Shown: positions 33,902 through 42,326 of the stretch, piece after piece
Layout of the letters: each line of letters starts with the position of its first letter
Numbering within the stretch: the stretch's first letter is position 1
NCBI GenBank assembly: GCA_032718475.1
Contig: JAUCBJ010001364.1
Span: 1-42,326, forward strand
Source: Nemertoderma westbladi
Taxonomy: Eukaryota > Animalia > Xenacoelomorpha
Reading direction: 5' to 3'
DNA length: 42,326 nucleotides
Made by a program: the position numbers and the translations under genes
Notes under the pieces: generated by a model
Database searches by the model: none
The model's input: only the letters and a program-made list of their open reading frames with translations
What the model was told of the DNA's origin: nothing

Positions 33902-34007
33902 CAGATGATTCCACCAAATCGTTCAGTTTGGATAAATTGTTCAATTGTTCGTTTTCACTGTAGTTTGTTTGTTCGAGAAGAGTCGATAGTTTCTTATAAA
34001 GATTTAC
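33902..34007 (-). CDS. Exon of the unknown gene (VNLYKKLSTLLEQ...NDLVESS)
   Basis: TTTTTTCAAG| acceptor, TG|GTGAGT donor, phases 0/1. Confidence 0.72.
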
Positions 34008-34494
34008 CTTGAAAAAATATATACAGTATTACTATTTTTGCAGAAAATATGTCGGGTAGCAAACACATTTGTTAAATAAAATGATAATAACTTTATAATC
34101 TATAATAATATTAACAAACGATAAGTGGGGTGTTAATCAACTGACAACTTAAATACTGCATTATGTTGAGAGTTGGGCCTACTTAGCCCTACACATAAAA
34201 CAGGAAACTTAAAAATTAGGTTAGTGTTATTCTCTCAGCTAATGTACAACCTAACCTTAGAGCCTCTTGGCCCCCCATTAATACTCAGGGACTATTGCGG
34301 ATGGCGTACTAAATAAACCTAGCGTTTTTTTTTACCTAACTCTATTATATCTCTACTAAACTGCTAAATAAACTTTGTCTTGTGGTGGAAACTACGGTTT
34401 ATGCACGGTACCTCCAGTACTCTAGTGAGGTCTACAGTACATACTGTACAGTACTGGGGCATATTGTACGTACATACATATCTAAGTATGTCAC

Positions 34495-34588
34495 CTTTGA
34501 AAAAGACGATTCCATTCTTTCAACTTTGTCCTGAAACTGCACCAAGCGAGTCCGTAAAGACATTGCAACTGATGAGATGATTCGGTTC
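34495..34588 (-). CDS. Exon of the unknown gene (NRIISSVAMSLRTRLVQFQDKVERMESSFSK)
   Basis: ACCAG| acceptor, AAG|GTGAC donor, phases 2/0. Confidence 0.68.
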
Positions 34589-35054
34589 CTGGTTGTTAAA
34601 TAATCTCTTTATCAATCATGTCTTTGGTTACATTAAAAATGAACAAGAAGCTTTAACTATACTGTACAGTCAGACAGTAAGTCCTACTCTATGTAGGTCT
34701 ATTTGACTCATGGAAAAATATATAGAGTAATAATATTCAGTAAGAGTCTTATTCAAATATTATTATTATTGAATATAGGCCTAAAACTGTCTTTAATCAT
34801 GTGCGACACATCTTTTAATTTATTATTTAGGCCTATTTTTATTGAATTAAAAATAAAAATAAATTATAAGCAGTCGTATGTTTTGTATTATTAGTAAACA
34901 TATAGTTGTACAGTAGTACCGCGGTGGGTGCTATAAAATTAACAAGCAACTACGGTACTGTATTACGCAATTATGTTTATTATTATTCAAATTTCGAAAT
35001 TTCCTCTACTGTGTATCTCTAGACCATGATACCTTACAGTCCAGCAGTCTTTAC

Positions 35055-35148
35055 TCATACTGAAGTGTCTTTGCCAAATATGTTAACTCCATCTGCTCAT
35101 TGGCTATAATTTTTCCAATATGTTGGCCTTCGGAATAGGCTGATTGGC
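35055..35148 (-). CDS. Most 5' exon found for the unknown gene (QSAYSEGQHIGKIIANEQMELTYLAKTLQY)
   Basis: TTTATAG| acceptor; phase-2 donor GA|GTAAAG (alternative CA|GTATGA with the exon ending at 35061). Confidence 0.55.
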
Positions 35149-35552
35149 CTATAAACTATAAAATACAGAAATATTATAATTAAAATTTCCCACTTCTGAC
35201 TTTATACTGTGTTTTCAATTACTGGAACTGGATTATGTATTACTGTATTACGAATAATCAAATTCCTTACTACAGTACTAGCACTATGCACTAGCACTCA
35301 CTCAGTCACTAGGCAATACCGTACCGTACAGGCTGACAAGCAGACAGGTAAGACTATACTGTCCAGGTGCCAGCCAGGCAGTACAGCAGTAGTACCCCTG
35401 TACCCGCTGACCGATACAACTGCAGTTACAGTACAGCAGTCTGGCAGTAGGTACCGTACTGCCGTACCGTCAAATGGGGATACTTCAGTACTTGGGCCCT
35501 GTGGATAACATGGGCCACTTGACTTCAAATGACTTTCAATCAGTGAGTTTTT

Positions 35553-35775
35553 AGTTATAGTTCATATCCGTACCGACCTGAAAATCCCGCCTCTGTGACC
35601 TGATCCTTTCCCTGATTTGGTAAAGTGACCGTTTATTGTTTTGGTTAGAAAAGCCCACCACTGTAACCTGCTCCTTTCCGTTAATTAAGTTATGGAGATT
35701 AGTTTATTGTTTTGGTTAGAAAACACCACCACTGTAACACCATCGGTCAGGTCGGTACGCATATGAACGATAACC
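35553..35775. mobile_element. MITE with ~29-bp TIRs and an 8-9-bp TSD (Merlin- or Mutator-like)
   Basis: GTTATAGTTCATATCCGTACCGACCTGA / TCAGGTCGGTACGCATATGAACGATAACC, flanked by GAGTTTTT(A) at 35545 and 35776; internal ~36-bp direct repeat. Confidence 0.85.
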
Positions 35776-36220
35776 GAGTTTTTAGCTTTTTGTCCTTTGA
35801 AAACATTGAAGCTTGTTAAATATGAGAAGCTGAATTACTTAGGTATCGTTTTACCACATTATTGAGCTGTGAGCACAGTCCTAGAATGTCTTTTATGAAT
35901 TTAACCTCTATGGTATGAAAAATTTGCTGTTTCAAAATGGGTACCATATCTTGATCCATGTTGTTATTGTGTGTACTGTCAGAAGTTTGTTAATGAATAT
36001 GGACACTAATGAATTTATTTAAACACTTTATTTTGTATGCTTAGCACTTTGTAAATGGTTTATTTGTCTTTATATTAGACAACAAGTAATATTTGGTAAA
36101 TGCGGTAACTTGAGCCACTTCTTTTTCATGGGGATTTTTTCATGGGAAAGCACTCAGGAGGGTCCCCTATATCTAACCAGTAGTGCTGATTTTAGCATAG
36201 TAGTTTAGTACATTTAACAT

Positions 36221-36423
36221 TTAAGCATGTATCTCCACTAACAGTGCAATTAATTGGCCCTTGGTCTGGTAATGACAGACCAGGGTTTATTTTAAACATT
36301 ATAACGGCCCAAGTTACCCCATTAAGCATGTATCTCCACTAACAGTTCAATTAATTGGCCCTTGGTCTGCTAATGGCAGACCAGGGTTTTTTTTAAAAAC
36401 CTTATAATGGTCCAAGTTACCCC
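36221..36423. repeat. 101-bp tandem duplication containing a hairpin
   Basis: TTAAGCATGTATCTCCACTAACAG...CCAAGTTACCCC at 36221 and 36322. Confidence 0.9.
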
Positions 36424-37089
36424 TTTTTAGGGTTATTGTAGCCAGTTACTGTACCGGTAGGCCTAGATTAATAGTAAAATTAAGAGCTTTTATACCAGAT
36501 GGCACAAGTATCCCCATGTCAAGGATACATGGGCCATATCGGTTTTTTTAAAAAAACGTGTTAACCTTCTGAAAACAGAAGGTTAACACAAGCAAACTAA
36601 GAAAGTATGCATTCTGATAGGTCTGATACGCACAACAATAACTTTAATTTAATAAAGGTAAATTTAGAAGTGGTCATGAGAAGTTTGAAAGTGGATTCAA
36701 GTATTCCCAGTTGGCGGTAGCTGAGTAGGCAGGCATCAGTGTCAGTACCGTGTGTGGTGTGGACGCTTACATGACTGCATGACTTGTTGTCATGTACCTG
36801 CCAGCCTGCTGCAGTGCTGCCTGCCAGCTGACGTGTTCAAATATTTCCAGACGTGTTTTTTAAATATAAAAATCGAAATGTTAAGTAAATGACAGAATGA
36901 TAAGCTGATAAGTGCGGAAATTTTTTTCACCGTGCCGTTTAGCCAGGCTGCAAACCACCACTGAACCGCGCACAACGCCTGGTCGCCTGCGCACAATTTT
37001 TCAGCCGCGCAATATTGCAATATTGGACAATATACCGCTGAACCGCGCATGCACCGAAAAAAACCCGCACACCTCATGCATCAAGCAGA

Positions 37090-37578
37090 CATGCACCACA
37101 TTTTAACAATGTAAACGAAAAACATACGCGAGCGAAGCGAGCAAAACTTTTTCATTAACATTGCGCTGTTGCATTAACAAATGAAAAAGAAACGCGAGCA
37201 AAACTCAAAGTGAGCGAAATTTTTTCATTCTAACAGTGCAAAATGAAAAAGAAACTCTAGCAAAACTCAAAGCGGCAAAGTGAGCGAAATTTTTTCATTC
37301 TAACAGTGACAGTGAACAGTGCAAAGTGAAAAAGAAACGCGAGCAAAACTCAAAGTGAGTGAGAGTTTTTTCATTCTAACAGTGCAAAATGCAAAGAAAC
37401 GCGAGCGAAGGGGTCCGACGAATTTTTACAAAAAAGTACAAAATAGTACAATGAATATAGTACAAAAGAATACAAAAGAGTACAATAAAGTGCAAAAATA
37501 GTACAAATGAGTGCAAAAATAGTACAAAAGAGTACAAACGAGTGAGAAACGCTTGCAAAATGTGTATCCAATTGTAGT
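37090..37578. mobile_element. Repeat-rich non-autonomous transposon end, copy A
   Basis: GCGAGCGAAGCGAGC motif, ~55-75-bp internal repeats and a GTACAA-rich tract; 37412-37578 is the imperfect reverse complement of 41279-41427. Confidence 0.65.
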
Positions 37579-37972
37579 TCAAATCGTTTAGAGGGGTGCA
37601 CATGATCTGCAAAATAAAACAAACCATTGTCTGGTTGTGGGGCGAGCCATGCATTGAGCGGGGGCTGATCTAGCTGTCTAGCAGTCAGAGAGTAGGCCCC
37701 TATTACAATACAATCTTAAAAGAGTTTTAATGCAGCCTTTTGTGTTCAAAAAACACAAAAAACTGTCCCAAGCCCGCAAAATTGCAGAGGGAGAACTCAA
37801 TAAAGTTGCAGATAGAGGCGTACATACAGACATACATAGCCGACATAATGTACGGTACAGTCAGACAGTAGCATACAGTCTATCCTTCAGTATATGGGCT
37901 ACTTTAAGACTATGACCTGAATTTTGAGTCTCAGTTATAGGAGTTTTATCTACCCACTGCATAGTAGGCCTA

Positions 37973-40753
37973 TTGCAGTATTGCATTATATTGTATTATA
38001 CGAACTGTCAGACTGTAGCCTATTTCTACATAGGTGTCACGGAGTCTTGGCTCAACAATACAGTTACTGATAGTATGATTAATGGTACTTATCACAATTA
38101 CCAAGTGTTTAGGAAGGATAGATCTATCACTGGCAATGGCGGCGGTGTAGTTATTTTGGTGAAAAATTCAATAAAGTGTGTACGAGTGTGCATTCCCGAA
38201 ATGTTTTCTGACTGTGAAATTATAGTAGTCGATTTAATTGGTAAGAGTCCCTCTCGTTTAATATGTGCTTATCGTACTACAGATGATATCTTGACTTGGT
38301 CAAGTAGTAGTTATCTGGAATATAATAATTTGTTTTGCTCTTGTTTGTCTGAATTGTGCGATGTTAGCTACCCTGCAATTGTTTTTGGAGATTTTAATTT
38401 ACCGGATTTTAACTGGTGCAATTTTACTTTTCCACATACTGGTATTTATGAGTCTTTTTCCAATGTCTTTTTAGAAGCTGGTTTGACCCAATATGTTGAT
38501 AAACCTACACGCCAGGACCCTGACAATATTCTAGATTTAATATTTTCCACTGATGACCTCTACATCAGTAATGTTAATGTAATTGAACCTTTCTCTAGTA
38601 GTGACCATAATAGTCTTACTTTCAATTTACGCGGCAATGATGAAACCGATAGCACCAAATATTTTGGTTACTATGATTTTAAAGATGCCGATTATGTAAG
38701 TTTTTCATCGTATCTGAATTCATATGTTTGGCAGGATCAATTTAGTTCTTGTAGTACAGTGGATGATTATTGGGAAACCTTTGCATCTGTTTTAAAAAAT
38801 GGGATAGAGCAGTTTGTGCCATTCAAACAGTTTAAGGATCGTAAAACTCCTCACCCCGATCATATTCTTAAACTGCAGCGTAAAAAGAAATTATTGTGGC
38901 GCCGCCGGCATACTGCCTCTGGCCGCCTTGAGTATAACAGATGTGTAAAGGAAATTTCCCGTGCTATTTACCGGTCTACCTGTGTACGTGAAAATCGCCT
39001 TCTTACATCCGGTTGCCCAGACGCTGTTTTTCGTTTTGTAAACACTAAACGTAAAATCAGTTCTGGTATTCCTCCTCTTAAGTATAATGGTGCTACTGTT
39101 ATAGACGATGCTGCCAAGGCTCATATATTTTCAAACGTGCTGTCAGAGAATTATATACAGGATAATGGCAAAGTGCCCTCTTTCAATAGTAAAGTAAATG
39201 CTGGTGTTTCCAAGTCTGAGATAAATTTTAACGTTGAGAAAGTTTTCTCTGTTCTTAACAATTTAAAGCCAAAGAGTAGCAATTCACCTGATAGTCTTCC
39301 CAGCATACTCTTCTATAAACTATCACATACTTTAGCACTGCCATTATCGATTATATTTCAGTTATCATTTATTACTCATGCCTTACCATCGATTTGGTTG
39401 ACCGCTAATATTGTTCCTATTTTTAAAAAGGGTAACGCTTCAGATCCTTACAATTATCGGCCAGTTTCACTAACCTGTGTCGCATGTAAAATCATGGAAA
39501 CTTGCATAAAAAATGAACTAGTTGATTATCTCATACAACACAAACTTATTACTAAGGCCCAACATGGCTTTTTGAAGCGTCGCTCTACTGGTACGCAATT
39601 ATTAGAGTGTTTAAATGACTGGCGCAAATTGGCTGATAGAAAACGACCTCTGGACGCCATTTATATAGACTTCGCCAAAGCGTTCGACCGTGTGGTACAT
39701 AGTAAATTAATATGTAAACTTGCTGGTTACGGAATTGGAGGTGACCTTCTAGCTTGGTTGGAAGCTTTCCTTACTAATCGTACCCAGCGAGTTGTTGTAG
39801 GAAATTGTTTTTCTGCAGCCCATGACGTCCCCTCTGGTACTCCACAGGGTAGTGTTATTGGTCCTATTCTATTTGTCATTTTCATTAATGACTTACCGGA
39901 TTTATTTAATGGTGCTACTTGTCAACTTTATGCCGATGATGTAAAGTTATATGCCCCTTCATCTTCCCATTCACAGTTAGTAGCATGTTTAGATATTTTA
40001 GAGACTTGGGCCTCGAATTGGCAGCTCACACTAGCTATTGATAAGTGTAAAGTAATGTACATTGGTGCATCCAATCCATATCTGCCGTATTGTCTATATG
40101 GTAAGGAATTAGAACATTTGACAAGTTGCAAGGATTTAGGAATTATTATGTGCCCTGATTTAAAATTTCAAGTATATTGTAGGGAACAATCGGCTAAGGC
40201 TTTTAAAATTATAAATATGATTTTTCGGTGTTTTCATACAGCAAATAAATCTGCACTTCTTACAGCCTATAGATCTTATGTCCGGCCATTGGTGGAATAC
40301 AACACCTCTGTCTGGTCGCCACATCTAAAATATGCAATAGACATGATAGAGCGGGTGCAAAGATATTTTACACGCAGATTATTTGCTAGATGTAATTTTC
40401 CTTACATAAGTTATTTAGACAGATTACAAAGTCTTGGGCTTATGCCATTAGAAATTAGGCGCATTACTTTTGACCTGAGAATGGTGTATAAAATTGAAAG
40501 AAATTTAGTGGATTTGTCTTTTCATAGTTTTTTCACATACGCACCTAGACTAGGGCTTCGGGGGCATTCCCATAAGCTGTTTGTGTGCCAATCGCGGCTA
40601 AACATTTCCAAACACTCGTTTGCAAATAGAGTAGTGCCCATCTGGAACTCTCTTCCATCACATGTAGTAGATTCGGTATCAGTACAAGTTTTTACACGTA
40701 GATTATTAGGTGTCGATTTTTTGCAGTGGTGTCAATTTGACCGTTTTATGTAG
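37973..40753 (+). CDS. CR1-clade LINE ORF2 (APE + RT), uninterrupted but 5'-truncated at about 38029
   Basis: VTESWL, GGGV, GDFNLP, LDLIF, SDH (APE); NYRPVSLT, QHGF, IDFAKAFD, GTPQGSVIGP, YADD; CR1-type end RGHSHKL...FANRVVPIWNSLP; 3' UTR to about 40907. Confidence 0.95.
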   Translation: MQYCIILYYTNCQTVAYFYIGVTESWLNNTVTDSMINGTYHNYQVFRKDRSITGNGGGVVILVKNSIKCVRVCIPEMFSDCEIIVVDLIGKSPSRLICAYRTTDDILTWSSSSYLEYNNLFCSCLSELCDVSYPAIVFGDFNLPDFNWCNFTFPHTGIYESFSNVFLEAGLTQYVDKPTRQDPDNILDLIFSTDDLYISNVNVIEPFSSSDHNSLTFNLRGNDETDSTKYFGYYDFKDADYVSFSSYLNSYVWQDQFSSCSTVDDYWETFASVLKNGIEQFVPFKQFKDRKTPHPDHILKLQRKKKLLWRRRHTASGRLEYNRCVKEISRAIYRSTCVRENRLLTSGCPDAVFRFVNTKRKISSGIPPLKYNGATVIDDAAKAHIFSNVLSENYIQDNGKVPSFNSKVNAGVSKSEINFNVEKVFSVLNNLKPKSSNSPDSLPSILFYKLSHTLALPLSIIFQLSFITHALPSIWLTANIVPIFKKGNASDPYNYRPVSLTCVACKIMETCIKNELVDYLIQHKLITKAQHGFLKRRSTGTQLLECLNDWRKLADRKRPLDAIYIDFAKAFDRVVHSKLICKLAGYGIGGDLLAWLEAFLTNRTQRVVVGNCFSAAHDVPSGTPQGSVIGPILFVIFINDLPDLFNGATCQLYADDVKLYAPSSSHSQLVACLDILETWASNWQLTLAIDKCKVMYIGASNPYLPYCLYGKELEHLTSCKDLGIIMCPDLKFQVYCREQSAKAFKIINMIFRCFHTANKSALLTAYRSYVRPLVEYNTSVWSPHLKYAIDMIERVQRYFTRRLFARCNFPYISYLDRLQSLGLMPLEIRRITFDLRMVYKIERNLVDLSFHSFFTYAPRLGLRGHSHKLFVCQSRLNISKHSFANRVVPIWNSLPSHVVDSVSVQVFTRRLLGVDFLQWCQFDRFM

Positions 40754-41278
40754 TTTGCTTAGAGAACGGTTTTATGTTTTATATTTTTATTTTCTCAAAT
40801 GTAAATATAATGGCCCCTATAAGTGCCGAGTGCCTAGGTGGTCTTCCCCCTCTTATAATTACTTTTAATTTTAAATACGTAATTAACATCGTGCAACTAA
40901 ATAAATGTATAACGTTTTATTGTCAACTACAGTATATTCCGGTAATGTAATAATATTCTATACCCGTTTTATAATATTTAATTCAAATCTAGTATATTCT
41001 AATGTTTCAGTGTTTCATTGTTGTCCACTTAAATCTAATTTTAATTGAAATTAATTACAGAGTGTATGAAACTGAAACTAAACTGAAACTACTTGTAAGC
41101 CAGTCAAAATCTACATGAATCAAAGTTTTGTCAGTCATTTCATACTGACCACAGAACCAAGGCCGAAGGCCGCTAGTGATTGACACTGTAGCGGCCCATA
41201 TTTCGGTTCCGTTGCTGGTTGCATTTGCTTACAATTAATTATATTTATATACAAGTGTAGTCTGGTAGTGTAGTGTAG

Positions 41279-41460
41279 ACTACACTGGTAAACACGTTTT
41301 GTATGCGTTTCTCACTCGTGACTCGTTTGTACTCTTTCTGTCTTTTGTACTATTTTTGCACTCTTTTGTACTATTTTTGCACTTTATTGTACTCTTTTGT
41401 ACTTTTTTGTACAGATTAGTCGGACCGCGAGCGAAGCGAGTGAAATTTTTTTGGCAAATT
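41279..41460. mobile_element. Same transposon end, copy B, in inverted orientation
   Basis: ACTACACTGGTAAACACGTTTTGTATGCGTTTCTCACTCG... mirrors 37539-37578. Confidence 0.7.
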
Positions 41461-41946
41461 ATTTTTCTCACTTTGAACGCATGTAGGCCTAAACTTATTT
41501 CACCTCGACCTCACAGCCTCATCCACCTGTCAGCCTGTACGCGCACTTTACGACTTTTGATCTTTTACATTCCACATTCCGCCTGTCCTCTACGTACCGG
41601 TACAGTCCAGTCCGCTTCGCGGACCTCCGATGCGCTCCATTACAGCCCTCTGGCAGTCTGGCAGCATTGCATTTATCAACCATGATTCCCCACCCCTGAC
41701 TCCATCATCCATACCGGTACCTCCCGACCCGACTTTTTATATATACCGGTAGGTATGTCATTGTTTTAATTCAGTAATTAGGCCTATTCTACTATTGCTA
41801 TTGCTGTACCGGTGGTTGGTGGTATTGTATTGTTATTCTTAATCTGACTCGGACTGTCGGATTGCCTATTTGTTAGGCCTATAATATCTTCAGCTTCACC
41901 CTGTCACTGACAAGACAACAGCACCAACACATTATTTCGCTTTAGG

Positions 41947-42039
41947 ATGGCCGTCCATGCCATCAAATATACGCACATGCTGTTGGCGGCCATCTTCGTA
42001 TTCCTTCTGAAGTGCAACCTACTGGAGGCAATAGGAAAT
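41947..42039 (+). CDS. Probable first coding exon of a secreted or membrane protein (signal peptide)
   Basis: TTTTAG|GATGG acceptor and start context, MAVHAIKYTHMLLAAIFVFLLKCNLLEAIGN, donor AAT|GTGAGT. Confidence 0.6.
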
Positions 42040-42326
42040 GTGAGTGCAATCATTGGAAATATTATATTATTATATCCAGGATATCCAGATACTGAGAAGG
42101 CCTATCGGTTTACTTGGTATATATATCGGTTTATCGATTCTGCCCTTACCCTTGATATGGTCTTGGGGCGAATCGTTTTCTTTTCGTTACCGGTAATTAT
42201 TCGATTCGCCCCACCTTCCAAGTCTATTCACCCCATATATTTCTGTATTTAGTGTTGTGAGTCTGACTAATACAGTAATTACCGGTACTGAAATAGTATC
42301 TATGACCTGTATGTAAGTAAACCGTG

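Noticed and set aside
41157-41200. GGCC-GAA-GGCC-GCTAG as a Helitron 3' end or HDV-like ribozyme
   Set aside because: No matching 5' end was found and the HDV P1.1/P2 elements are missing. It is better explained as part of a GGCCGCTA/TAGCGGCC stem near a (TTTCAG)n retroposon tail.

Overview
This is AT-rich, repeat-dense eukaryotic DNA, most likely from a bilaterian invertebrate (spliceosomal introns, an ATF2-type bZIP gene, CTCF-like motifs). It is not prokaryotic and has no CRISPR array. From left to right: (1) a minus-strand BEL/Pao LTR retrotransposon with an uninterrupted 5.7-kb gag-pol frame, truncated inside gag near 9598. It is followed by at least 3.8 kb with no recognisable 3' LTR, containing duplicated, covarying hairpin modules and a decayed Cys- and NxT-containing reading frame. 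(2) A Helentron-like element carrying an array of CTCF-like motifs just upstream of a two-exon ATF2/ATF7/CREB5-family gene, which has a tRNA-derived SINE in its intron. (3) A minus-strand gene I do not recognise, assembled by hand from 9 phase-compatible exons (18900-35148, about 415 aa, 5' end not found). Its introns hold nested LINEs, minisatellites, MITEs and an acidic 28-aa-repeat ORF split by a hAT-like insertion with an 8-bp TSD. (4) A young, 5'-truncated CR1 LINE and the probable signal-peptide exon of a plus-strand gene. The best novelty candidates are the structured-RNA cassette 3' of the BEL pol gene, the CTCF-motif-bearing element, the interrupted acidic ORF and the 36-bp dual-hairpin array at a LINE 5' end. 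All calls are by eye; no searches or folding programs were run.
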